Of a stretch of DNA of 64,000 nucleotides, positions 32,119 through 44,682 are shown in pieces. The first letter of the stretch is position 1; each line of letters starts with the position of its first letter. A program made the position numbers and the translations under genes. The stretch is from the human T2T-CHM13v2.0 reference genome, Homo sapiens: NCBI RefSeq assembly GCF_009914755.1, contig NC_060925.1; one strand, 5' to 3'. The notes under the pieces were generated by a model, which saw only the letters and a program-made list of their open reading frames with translations, was not told the origin of the DNA and did not search any database.

Positions 32119-35100
32119 TTTCTATTTTCATCAGGGATAGTGGTCTGTCATTTTCTTTCTGTTTTGTACCCTTGCCATTCTTTGATATTGCAGTGATGGC
32201 TTCATAGAATGAGTTAGGGAGGGTTCCCTCCTCCATTTGTTTTGTGCCTTTGCCATGCTTTGATAGCAGGGTAATGATGGCTTCATAGGAATTGGAGCAA
32301 TTTTAATAGAATTGGTATCAGTTATTGCTTGTATGTCTAGTAGAATTCAACTGTGGATCAGTCTGGTCTTGGACCTTTTTTTTTTTATTAATTACTGATT
32401 CAATTTTACTACTTATTGATCTGTTCAGGACTTCTATTTATTCTTGGTTCAGTCTTGGGAGATTGTATGTTTCCAATAATTTACACATTTCTTCTAGATT
32501 TCATAGTTTGTGTGCATAGAGATGCTTATAGTAGTCTCTGATGATCTTTTGTATTCCTGCGGAATCAGTTGTTTGTCATTGTTATCATTTCTGATTGTGC
32601 TTATTTGAATCTCTTATTTGAGTCTCAGAGTTGGGGACCAAGCTGGGTGAAGCCAGGCCAGGCAGGCCCATCCGTGGCCCCCCAGTGGTAGTCATAAGTA
32701 CCAGCTTTTATGGGAATCCAGGGGGTAAAGCACCCAGTGATGTGCCTGTGTGTGGAGTAGAGAAACCTCCACTACCCTAAGTTCTCTCCATGGGAAGGGA
32801 GAGGCAGCCTAAGCTCCTAATCTAGAATAGTGGGTACTCCAAATGCCGGGAGATATGTCCAGGTATAGAGCGAAGAGACTATCAAGTTGGCTGCACCAAG
32901 TTCTCTACTCAGAAAGGGAAGGGTGGTTTAGGTTCCTAATCCAGGCAAGCGAGTGCATAAAAATGCCTAGAAATGTGCCCCAGAAAGGAGCAGAGAAATC
33001 ACTACTGCCCACGGAATGGCAGGGGCAGCTCAGGCTCCTAATCCAGGGGAGTGGGTAAGCCAAATGCCTGGAAATGTGCCCTGGGCATGGAGCAAAGAAA
33101 GTGCCACAGCACCAAGATCTCTGCACAGAAAGCAAGGGGTGGTGCAGGCTCCTAATGCAGGTGAGTAGGTGCATCAAATGCCTGAAAATACGCCTTAGTA
33201 GGGAGTGGAGGGAGCACTGCCACACAAAATTCTTTGCATAGGAAGGGAAGGATGGCCCATGCTTCTAATTCAGGTGAGCAGGAATGGGATTCTCTCTCCC
33301 ACTCCTTGGAACTAGTGGGGCTCATTCTCCTGACTGACCAAGGGAACAGGTTGAGGCACCTAGCAATGACCTATACAGAGCTGTCATCCCAGGTCTCAAA
33401 GGCATCCTTGGCTGTAAAACTCGCTGCGGCTTCAACAATTCTCCTTCTGCTCTAGTTCTGCAGCAAGAAAGATCCCAATTTCAGTGCCTATCTCTGGAAT
33501 GCACTCCACATTCCCTGCTTGCTGTGGGAACCCTTCACCCACTTCAAAGCAAGTGCTCTGAGGCCCAAGACAAATGCTCATGGTAGCCATCACTGCCAGA
33601 TCACCAAACAATGATTGACTTTGGGTGAGCCCAGTTTGAAAATGTTGTCCTCCTCTTGGTCCCAAATACTCCCAGGCTTTCAAAAGGGATCTGTGATGGA
33701 TTCATCCTAGGAGAAAGAGTAAACAGGAAATAGACCAGCCCTCACAATGAACAAAGCCTTGAACATCTAAATCTCTGGTTGGATGAAGAAGATATACCTT
33801 TAGCTTAACTGCCTGGTGGAAGCAAAAATAAATCCCCTCTGAGAAAAGATAAATTACCCAGAGACTCAAATTTTCTACACACAATTTCATACACAGTAGC
33901 TGACAGTTAATCAAAAACAACCAGATGTATAGACTTTTTTAATTACAAGAGAAAACAAATAGTAGATATAGAATGAATAATATATCATTGTTGCAGTTAT
34001 TAGATATACCTTTAAAATAAATATGATTAATGTATTCAAAAGATTAAATAATGAAATGGAATGCAGAACTCAATGGATGAAATCAGCAGCATATTAGAAA
34101 AAGCTTAAAAGAAAATTGGATATGTCAGAATAAAATATTCAACCTAAAGATTAAAGTTTGAAGAAATAAAAATGAAAAATACAAAAAGAGTGTAAGATAA
34201 TATCAGACATGGCTAAATGGTCTAACATATAGATTTCAAAAAGAGAGAGGAGAAAGAATGAGGCAGAAGAACTCCTGTAAGAGATGATGGCCAAGAATTT
34301 TCCAAAACTAAAATAAGGCAAAACAAAAAATAAAATGGCTAAGTTTGGATAAAAGGAAATGAAACATTCAAAATTAGCAAATAAATAATTGCATATTTTA
34401 AACATTCCAAAAATTCAGAAAAAAGTTCTCAAATTAATCTGTTTAGCAAGTTTTCTAGATACAACATCAGTATACAAAGATCAATTGGATTTCTATACAT
34501 AAACAATAAATAATTAGAAGCTTAATTTTTAGACCAATGAAGCAGAATAGAGAACCCAGAAATAAAGTAAAATACAGCCAACTGATGTTCGACAAAGCAA
34601 ACAAAAATATAAAGTGGGGATATGACACCCTATTCAACAAATTGTGCTGGGATAATTGGCAAGCCACATGTAGAAGAATGAAAAGTGGATTCTCATCTCT
34701 CACCTTATACAAAAATTAACTCAAGATGGATCAGAGACTTAACTCTAAGACCTGAAACCATAAAAATTCCAGAAAAATAGCATCAGAAAAACCTTTCTAG
34801 GCATTGGCTTAGGCAAAGACTTCATGACCAAGAACCCAAAAGCAAATGCAACAAAATTAAGATAAACAGATGGGACTTAACTAAAAAGCTTCTGCACAGC
34901 AAAAGAAATAATCAGCAGAGTAAAGCAACAACCACAGAGTGGGAGAAAATCTTCACAAACTATGCATCCAACATAATCTACAAGGAACTCAAATCAGCAA
35001 GAAAGAAACAATCCTATCAAAAAGTGGGCTAAGGACATGAATAGATAATTCTCAAAAGAAAATATACAAATGGCCAACAAACCTATGAAAATATGCTCCA

Positions 35101-35681
35101 CACCACTAATTATCAGGAAAATGCAAATCAGAACCACAATATGATACCACCTTACTCCTGCAAGAATGGCCATAATTTAAAAATCAAAAAATCATAGATG
35201 TTGGTGTGGATGTGGTGAAAAGGGAACACTTTTACACTGCTGGTGGGAATCTAAACTAGTACAGCCATTATGGAAAATGGTGTGGAGAGTCCTTAAACAA
35301 CTAAAAGTAGATCTACCATTTGATCCAGCAATCCCACTATTGGGTAACTACCCAGAGGAAAAGAAGTCATTATAAAAAAAAAAAAAAAGACACTTGCACA
35401 CGCATGTTTATGGCAGTACAATTTGCAATTGCAAAAATATAAAACTGGCCTAAATGTCCGTCAATCAACAAATGGATAAAGAAAATGGGGTGTATATATA
35501 CTGTGAAATATTACTCAGCCATTAAAAAGGAATGAAATAATGGCATTTGCAGCAACCTGGATAACTGGAGATCCTTTTTCTAAGTGAAGTAACTCAAGAA
35601 TGGAAAACCAAACTTCCTGTGTTCTCACTTATAAGTGGGAGCTAGGCTATGAGGATGCAAAGGCATAAGAATGATACAATG

Positions 35682-35982
35682 GGCCAGGTGCAGTGGCTCA
35701 TGCCTTTAATCCCAGCACTTTGGGAGGCCGTGGTGGGCAGATCACAAGGTCAGGAGTTCAAGACCAGCCTGGCCAACATGGTGAAACCCCGTCTCTACTA
35801 AAAATACTAAAAAATTAGCCAGGCATGGTGGTGCATGCCTGTAATTCCAGCTACTTGGGAGGCTGAGGCAGTAGAATCGCTAGAATCTGGGAGGTGGAGG
35901 TTGCAGGAGCCAAGATCGCTCCACTGCACTCCAGTTTGGGCAACAGTGTGAGACTTCATAAAAAAAAAAAAAAAAAAAAAAA
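35682..35982 (+). mobile_element. AluS
   Basis: Full dimer with A tail; TSD GATACA(A/G)TG at 35673-35681 and 35983-35991. Confidence 0.95.
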
Positions 35983-36050
35983 GATACAGTGGACTTTGGG
36001 GACTCAGGGGAAAAGGTGGGAAGGGATGAGGGATAAAAGACAACATATTG

Positions 36051-39000
36051 AGGGGCCAAGATGTCCAACTAGAAACGGTGGCAGTCGGAGGCTTCCATTG
36101 AAAAGAACCATAATAAGTGCATTAATCTTTCACTGGCAACCAAGGTAACCAGGTTCTCTCATCAGAACTGACCAGGCAGCTGGTGTGATCCATGGAGAGA
36201 AAGGAAGAGCAAGCAGTGTGGTGTGGTGGCCCATCTGGGAGCCAGACGAGCAGAGGAGCCCCTACCCCCAGGCCAAGGGAGGTGATGAGTGAGCATCCTA
36301 CCCAGCAGGGGGAACGGTGATTTTTCCACAGAACTATGAAACCCACAGATTGAAAGATCCCACTCATGAACCCACACCACCGGGGCCTAGGGCCTTAACC
36401 CCAGAGCCATGCAGATTCTTAATAGCCTCTCAGCTGGACTCTGCTTAAGCCTGCCGAGCCCCTGGGGAGAAGGGGTGACCAGCACCACAGCTGCAGCTGC
36501 CTGATGTCTAAGCCATTTGAGCTTCTTGGGAAAGGGGCAGCAGCCAGCACTGGGACTCACAACTGCCTAACATGTTAAGCTCCTTGGGCAGGGGAAGTGT
36601 GGCATCCATCTCTATAGCTCCAGGCTGTGCTTTTCCCCTGCTGGAACCAGTAGGGCTGGACACCTTGGTCCCAAAAGGTGTCCCCAACAGCCCAACATAC
36701 CAGCTGTGGAAGACTGCAGCCAGAGGACCTCTTCAGGACTGACCCTGACTCATCCTTCCTCACTGGGTGGGGCTTCCTGCAGGAAATCCAACAACTCTAA
36801 CCAGAGGCTCAGGGACAGAACCCAGATCTCCCTGGGCCTGAGCCTCTAGTGGGAGGAATGGCTGCAGTCTCTGTGAATCAGCAGACATAGCCTTTCCTCC
36901 TGATAGTTCCAGGAGCCCAGATGAGTGGGTTTCCCCCTAGCAAAGCACACCCCTGCACCAAGGGTCAGTCAAAGTGCTTCATTAAATGGGTCCTGTTCCC
37001 CATGCCACCCAACTGGGTGACAACAGGGGTTGTCAGAAACCCTACACAGGAGCGATCCAACTGGCATCAGGTCAGTGCCCCTGCCAGAAGATGGAGCAGG
37101 CACCCATCTTTGCTGTTCTCCAGCCTCCTTGAGTGACATCTCCAGACGCAGGAGTAAACCAGATGAATAGGGCATGAAGTGGACCCCCAGCAAATGGCAG
37201 CAGCCCTACAGAAAAGGGACCTGACCATTGAAAGAAAAACAAACAAAAAGCAACAACAACAGCACCAACAACAAAAAAGTCCTCACAAAAACTTCATCCA
37301 AGAGTCAGCAGCCTCAAACTCACAAAACTAGGCAAACTCACAAAGATGAGAAAGAATCAATGACAAAATGCTGAAAACCCAAAAATCCAGAGTGCCTCTT
37401 CTCCAAATGTTTGCAATGTCTCTCCAGCAAGGGCACAGCACTGGACGGAGGATGAGATGGATGAATTGACAGAAGTAGGCTTCAGAAGACGGGTAATAAA
37501 AAACTACACTGATTAAAGGATTATGTTCTAACCCAATGCAAAGAAGCTAAAAACCTTGATAAAAGGTTAGAGGAGCTGCTAACTAGAATAACCAGTTTAG
37601 AGAGGAACAGAAATGACCTAATGGAGCTGAAAAACACAGCACAAGAACTTCATGAGGCATACACAAATATCAATAACTGAATCAACCAAGTGGAAGAAAG
37701 AATATCAGAGTTTGAAGACCACTTTATTGAAATAAGGCATCCAGGCAAGATTAGAGAAAAAAGAATGAAAAGGAACAAACAAAGCCTCCAGGAAACTGGG
37801 GACTTTGTGAAAAGATGGAACCAGTGATAGACTGGAATACCTGAAGGAGATGGGACGAAAGGAAACAAGCTGGAAAAAGCACTTCATGATATTATCCAGG
37901 GGAACTTCCCCAACCTAGCAATACAGGCCAACATGCAAATCCAGGAAAAGAGAGAGAACACCATTAAGATACTCCACAAGAAGACAAACCCCAAGATACA
38001 TAATCATCAGATTCTCCAAGGTCAAAATAAGGGAAAAAATGTTAAGGGCAGCCAGAGAGAAAGGCCAGGTCACCTACAAAGGGAAGCCAATCAGACGAAG
38101 AGTGGACCACTCAGCAGAAACTCTGCAAACCAGAACAGATTGGGGGCCAAATTCAACATTCTTAAAGAAAAGAATTTCCAACCCAGAATTTCATATCCAG
38201 CCAAAATAAGCTTCATAAGTGAAGAAGAAATAAAATCATTTCCACACAAGCAAATGCTGAGGGATTTCATTACCACCAGGCCTGCCCGAAAGAAGCACTA
38301 AATATGGGGGGAAAAAAACACCAAAATATATTCTTTCAGGCAAGAGAAACAAATAAAGCATATTCAAATAGGAAGAGAGGAAGTCAAAGTGTCTCTGTTT
38401 GCAGATGACACGGTTTTATATTTAGAAAGCAACATCACCTCAGCCCAAAAACTCCTTAAGCTGATAAGCAACTTTAGCAAAGTGTCAGGATACAAAATCA
38501 ATGTGCAAATATTACAAGCATTTCTTTACACCAACAATAGACAAGCAGAGAGCCAAATTATGAATAAATCCCCATTCACAATCACTACAAAGAGAATAAA
38601 ATACCTTGGAATACAGCTAACAAGGGATGTAAAGGACCTCTTCAAGGAGAATTACAAACCACGGGTCAAGGAAATAAGAGAGGATGCAAAAAAAAAAAAA
38701 AAGGAAAAACATTCCATCCTCATGGATAAGAAGAATCAATATCGTGAAAATGGCCATACTGCCCAAAGTAATTTATAGATTCAATGTTATTCCCATCATA
38801 CTACTATTGACATTCTTCATAAAATTAGAAAAAAAAACTAGTTTCATTTCATATATGATCAAAAAAGATCCCATATGGCCAAGACAATCCTAAGCAGGAA
38901 GAACAAAGCTGGAGGCATCATGTTACCTGACTTTATACTACAAGGCTACAGTAACCACAACAACATGGTACTGGTACAAAAACAGACATATAGACCAATG

Positions 39001-40370
39001 GAACAGAAAAGAGACCTCAGAAATAACACTACACATCTACAACCATCTGACCTTCGACAAACCTGACGAAAACAAGCAATGGGGAAAGGATTTCCTATTT
39101 AATAAATGGTGCTGGGAAAACTGGCTAGCCATATGCAGAAAACTGAAACTGGACCCTTTCCTTACACCTTATACAAAAATTAACTCAACATGGCTTAAAG
39201 ACTTAAATGTAAACCCCAAACCACAAAAACCCTAGAAGAAAACCTAGGCAATACCATTCAGGGCATATGCATGGGCAAAGACTTCATGACAAAAATGCCA
39301 AAAGCAATCACAACAAAAGCCAAAATTGACAAATGGGATCTAATTAAAGAGCTTCTGCACAGCAAAAGAAACTATCATTAGGGTGAACAGGCAACCTACA
39401 GAATGGGAGAAAATTTTTGCAGTCTACCCATCTGAGAAAGGTCTAATATCCAGAATCGACAAGAAACTTAAATAAATTTACAAGAAAAAAACAAGTATCA
39501 ATAGCTGAATCAACCAAGTGGAAGAAAGAATATCAGAGTCTGAAGTGGGCAAAGTAACAAAAGTGGGCAAAGGATATGAACAGACACTTCTCAAAAGAAG
39601 ACTTTTACATGGCCAACAAACTTATGAAAAAAAGTGCAACATCACTGATTAGAGAAATGCAAATCAAAACCACAATGAGATACCATCTCACACCAGTAAG
39701 AATGGTGATTATTAAAAACTCAAGAAACAATAGATGCTGGCGAGGCTGTGGAGAAATAGGAATGCTTTTACACTGTTGGTGGGAATGTAGATTAGTTCAA
39801 CCATTGTGGAAGACAGTATGGTGATTCCTCAAAGATCTAGAACCAGAAATACCACTTGACCCAGCAATCCCATTACTGGGTATATACCCAAAGGAATACA
39901 AATCATTCTCATATAAAGACACATGCACACCTATGTCTATTGCAGCATTGTAAAGTCATGGAACCAACAAAAATGCTCATCAATGATAGACTGGATAAAG
40001 AAAATGTGGCACATATATACCATGGAATACTATCCAGCCATAAAAAGAAATGAGATCATGTCCTTTGCAGGGACATGGACGAAGATGGAAGCCATCATCC
40101 TCAGCAAACTAACATGGGAACAGAAAACCAAACACCACATGTTCTCACTCATAAGTGGGAGTTGAACAATGAGAACACATGGACACAGGGAGGGGAACAA
40201 CACACACCAGGGCCTGTCTGGGAGTGGGAGGTGAGGGGAAGAAACTTAGAGGATGGGTCAATAGGTGCAAAAATTTTACTTAAAATAAATGAAAGGTTAT
40301 ATATGCACTCACATATTTTAAAAAATGATGGAAAGAGAAAGAAAATAAATTTCTCTCTACGATTAAAAAA
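36051..40370 (+). mobile_element. LINE-1 (same L1PA10-12-like family as 7430-14095) with intact 5' end, about 2 kb internal deletion and a non-L1 3' tail
   Basis: 5' UTR matches the reverse complement of about 13000-14090; ORF1 remnant to about 38300 jumps to mid-RT at about 38336. TSD AAAAGAC(A/T)AC(A/C)TATTG at 36035-36050 and 40371-40386. Confidence 0.9.
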
Positions 40371-40519
40371 AAAAGACTACCTATTGGGTACAGTGTACAC
40401 TGCTCAGGTGACAGGTGCGCCAAAATCTCAGAAATCACCACTAAAGGACTTAACCATGTAACCAAATACCACCTCTTCCCCCAAAGCCTATTGAAATAAA
40501 AAATAAAAGTTTAAAAAAT

Positions 40520-42320
40520 ACCAATACAATAGCACCAAAAATCATCAAATACCTTAAAATAAAACTAAGAAATGTTGCACAAAATGAATACACATAAAAC
40601 AGGGAAACATACAGAAAATTTTAAAAGAGTTCCATACAGGGATATATTATGCTCATTGATTGAAAGATTAAATATTATGATGATGTCAGTTCTCCCCAAA
40701 TTGATCTGTATAGATTCAATGTATTCCCAAACAATATCTCACTGGGTATTTTGGGTGTGTGTATGAAATGTGACAAGCTGATTATAAACTTTATATTAAA
40801 ACTTAAGTGTTCAAGAATAGCCAAGATAATTTAAAGAGGAACTAGAGTTGAAGGACTTATACCATGGGATATCAAGATGCATTACACATTAAGGTCATGT
40901 CGTAGTGACACAATGATAGACAGAATAGAATCAAGACATTGACCACACACAATTTACGTCTAGGTGACACTGCCGAACAGTAAGGTAAGAACGATTTTTC
41001 TCTTAACGGTGCAGTATCAACTATACAGGTATATAAAAATATCTTGACCCCAACTTCATGCTGTATAACTCCAGATGGATGGTATATATAAGCATAAAAG
41101 GTAAAATAGTAAAGCTTCCAGAAGTAAATATAGGAGAATATCTTTATGGCTTAAGACAAGCAAACATTTCCTGAACAGGACCTCAAAATTAACTGACCAT
41201 AAATGTAAAGATGATGAGTTCAACTACATTGAAATTAGGGGTTTGTGTTAATTAAAAAACAAATGCAAATGGAAAAATTTAGCCATGAGATAAGAGAAGA
41301 TATTGTAAGATATGCACCATTTTAAACAGATTAGTACTTAGAACTTTAAAACGTCTACAAGTAACTAAGAAAAAGATAACTCAATATATACACCGGCAAG
41401 AGACTTATCTGAATAAGCATTTCACAAAAGAAGACATCCAAATGGCCAGTAAATACACACATGATCTTATTAATTAACAACAAAAAATGAAAATTAAAAT
41501 TACAATGTGATATTATCACCAAACCCATGAGGATGACTGAAAGGAAACATTTTAACAGTATCAATTGTTCGGAGGACATAGAGCAATGAAAATGTTAGCG
41601 TACTGTTTGTGGGAGTGAAAATTGGTACAGCCACTTTGGATAACTGTTTAGCAGTAACCGCTGAAGTGGAACATAAGCATACCCGGTAAATCCACTAGTT
41701 ATATACCAAACAGCAGTTATACAAATACCTGCCAAAATTCATGTACAAGAATTCCCATAACTTCATCATTCATAATAGCTCCAAACTGGAAACAACACAA
41801 ACGCCCATCAACAGCAGAATGGATTTAAAAAATGATGCATTCGTAAGATGTACTTGTATATAGCAGGTTCAGCAAACTCTTTCTGTTAAAGGCCCAATAG
41901 TAAATATTTTAGACTTTGAGTACCATATAGTCTCTGTTGCAACTCTGCTGTGGTATGATGAAAACAACCATAGATATGTAAACAAATGAGCCAATGTGAA
42001 TGGCTGTATCTCAAGAAAACTTTATTTGCTAGCCTCTGCCATGTAGCAATGGAAATGAACAAACTATTGCTACATGAAAGAACATGGTTGAATCTTAAAA
42101 GGTAATATGAAGCAAAGGAAAGCAGACACAAAAGAATATATTCTGAAAGGTGGAGGAGGAGACTGGGAGAGCCTTGAAGGAAGCTTCTAGGATGCTGCTA
42201 AAACTCTATTTAATAACCTAAATGGTAGCCCTGGTGTGTTCCTTTTGTGGTCATTCACTGAGCTGTCCAATATGATTCATGCACATTTATACTCTCATAT
42301 ATCTTTCAATAAACAATTTT
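40520..42320 (+). mobile_element. Decayed L1M (L1MD/ME-like) ORF2 3' part and 3' UTR
   Basis: TCAGTTCTCCCCAAATTGATCTGTATAGATTCAATG; CATAATAGCTCCAAACTGGAAACAAC. Confidence 0.75.
41864..42038. mobile_element. MER58-like hAT-Charlie non-autonomous DNA transposon
   Basis: CAGG..CAGCAAAC...AAAGGCCCAATAGTAAATATTTTAGACTTTG...TTTGCTAGCCTCTG, with degenerate terminal inverted repeats. Confidence 0.7.
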
Positions 42321-42472
42321 ATGAGACAATAATTAAAAGTACTAAAAGATGACTCAAGGATAATATAGAGATGCTTTGCTTTGAAAAAAGCAAAGAAGGT
42401 AGCCAGATAACATCAGAAAATGTATTTTCATAATGCATGTTGCAGTAACTTTAATTTTTATTATGTGCATAG

Positions 42473-42535
42473 GATATTTGGCAAAATCAGGTGGTCATTT
42501 ACTGCTTAGAGATGAAATCGAAGTCATGCTTGATG
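42473..42535 (+). CDS. MROH9: Penultimate coding exon: (G)YLAKSGGHLLLRDEIEVMLD(V)
   Basis: Acceptor ttttattatgtgcatag, donor G|gtgagt; 63 nt, phase 1/1; joins exon 5667-5769 and the last exon in frame. Confidence 0.8.
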
Positions 42536-43391
42536 GTGAGTATTGAGGTTATAACAAAATCTTTATGCATAAATCTAAATACATTTACTATTTTTAATTC
42601 TAGTCACATATGAGTTCTGTTAGAGTGCCAGGCCAGACAGGAAGAGGGTGGTGGTAGTAGTAGTTGGATAATTACGGAAGAATCAATGAAAGGACTGGGT
42701 TAAGAGGTTTGTTTTTTCTCTTTCTATTCTATTTCCCCTTACTCTCTTTCCCTGTTTCAGTCTCTCCATGTATTCCACTAATTGTCTGAGAACTATCATC
42801 CTAGAGCCCTTGGGAACTTCAGAAAGTTGAAAACTCATTTACTCATTCATCTAACAAATATTTTTTAGCATCTCTTATGTTTACGTGACAGCACTATTTA
42901 CTGCTAGGGACAGAGTTGCAAATAAAGCAGTCTCTTCCCTCAGAGAATTCACATTTTAGTGGATAGCAATGTACAATACATTTGCAGAGGAGGGAATTAA
43001 AGAAGGGTAATATTAGTCTATCAAAATGTTTGGGTCTTAGGAATCTCCCTTAGCCTCTGTCTATCGTCCCATCAGGGTAAGAATTACAAATAGTGAGTTA
43101 TAAAAACAAGTTGGCTGCCTTCCTTCCTTTTTCTTTCTTAATAGACTATTTTTTAGAGCAGTTTCAGGTTCACAGCAATATTGAGCTGCAGGTACAGGGA
43201 CTTCCCAAGTACCTTCTCTCCTCACCTATGCATAGCCTCCCCCATTATCGACATCCCCCACCAGAGTAGTACATTTATTATAATTCATGGACCTACATTT
43301 ATACATCATTACCTTCCTTCCTTATTCACTCATCCATTCATTCATTCACTCACTCATTCATTCATTCAACACATATTTGACTACCTGCTAA

Positions 43392-43893
<502 letters not shown>

Positions 43894-44440
43894 TATCCAG
43901 GATATTTCTAAAGAATGAAAGCTATTATATATTTTTTTAAACTATCATAACTGCTTTTTAACTTTTTCACTTACCTTTATAATATAAACATCTTTCTAAG
44001 CCAAGAAATATGGGCCTACATTATGTTAATATGTATGTAGCATTTCATTTTATGTTCCTAATTTTTAAGCAGTTCCCTGTTAATGAACATTGAGACTGAT
44101 TTTAACTTTTTCATTATTATGACCAATATGAACCTCTTCCTAAATATATGAATACATGTTTATGTTATCTAGCAGAATGCTCAGCACATAAAAGGTCCTT
44201 GGTAATTTTTAGTGAATATTCCCATTTTTCTTTTAATGGGGTCTATGTGGGGTTTTAGTAGGGATAGATGATAAAACTTCCTGAATGCTATCAGCCAAAG
44301 TTACAAAATGCAGAGGGAATGCAGAGGAGAGATGGAGAGAAGGGGGCACTCTGTGAAAGGTGGCAGGGCTGTTTAGTATTAAAGCTTCATGGCCTCTAAG
44401 AAAGAGATAACTTGAACTAAAGTCTCTTCTGATATTACAG

Positions 44441-44682
44441 TTATTGAACGACTGCTCCGAGATGAAGACCCTATGATCAAACAGTTGGCTGAAATAACCT
44501 ATGATATTTTTAAGAAAAAAGCCCATAAACTGACCTCTGCACCTCTTAAACAAAACTTCCAAAAATTGCTTAAATTATTCTACATCAAAAAATTGAAGCC
44601 TCTTTACAATTATAACTCACCCAATGGCCAGATAGACAGTCCTACAGACAGTAAAGATGTCAAGAATGATAAGGCCTTATAG
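44441..44682 (+). CDS. MROH9: Last coding exon: (V)IERLLRDEDPMIKQLAEITYDIFKKKAHKLTSAPLKQNFQKLLKLFYIKKLKPLYNYNSPNGQIDSPTDSKDVKNDKAL*
   Basis: Acceptor tctcttctgatattacag, phase 1; HEAT-type LL.D.DP.I...A motif; TAG at 44680-44682. Confidence 0.85.

Larger units (their letters stand above)
21332..33690 (-). mobile_element. Interrupted L1PB3/PB4-like element: 3' end 21332-22200, resumes at 29926, with internal deletions and a probable repeat-array 5' UTR at 32620-33690
   Basis: Antisense L1 sequence is continuous across the nested inserts. TSD CATTTTTTCATTTT (22191-22204) / CATTTCTTCATTTT (29925-29938). Confidence 0.75.
34530..40520 (+). mobile_element. L1PB1-like 3' portion interrupted by an Alu and by an L1PA (pieces 34530-35681, 35983-36050, 40371-40520)
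   Basis: GCTATGAGGATGCAAAGGCATAAGAATGATACAATGG...GACTTTGGGGACTC, resuming as TATTGGGTACAGTGTACACTGCTCAGGTGA...AAATCACCACTAAAG. Confidence 0.85.

Noticed and set aside
32740-33290. Regularly spaced repeats reminiscent of a CRISPR array
   Set aside because: The whole unit is degenerate and homologous with no unique spacers; eukaryotic context and no cas genes.
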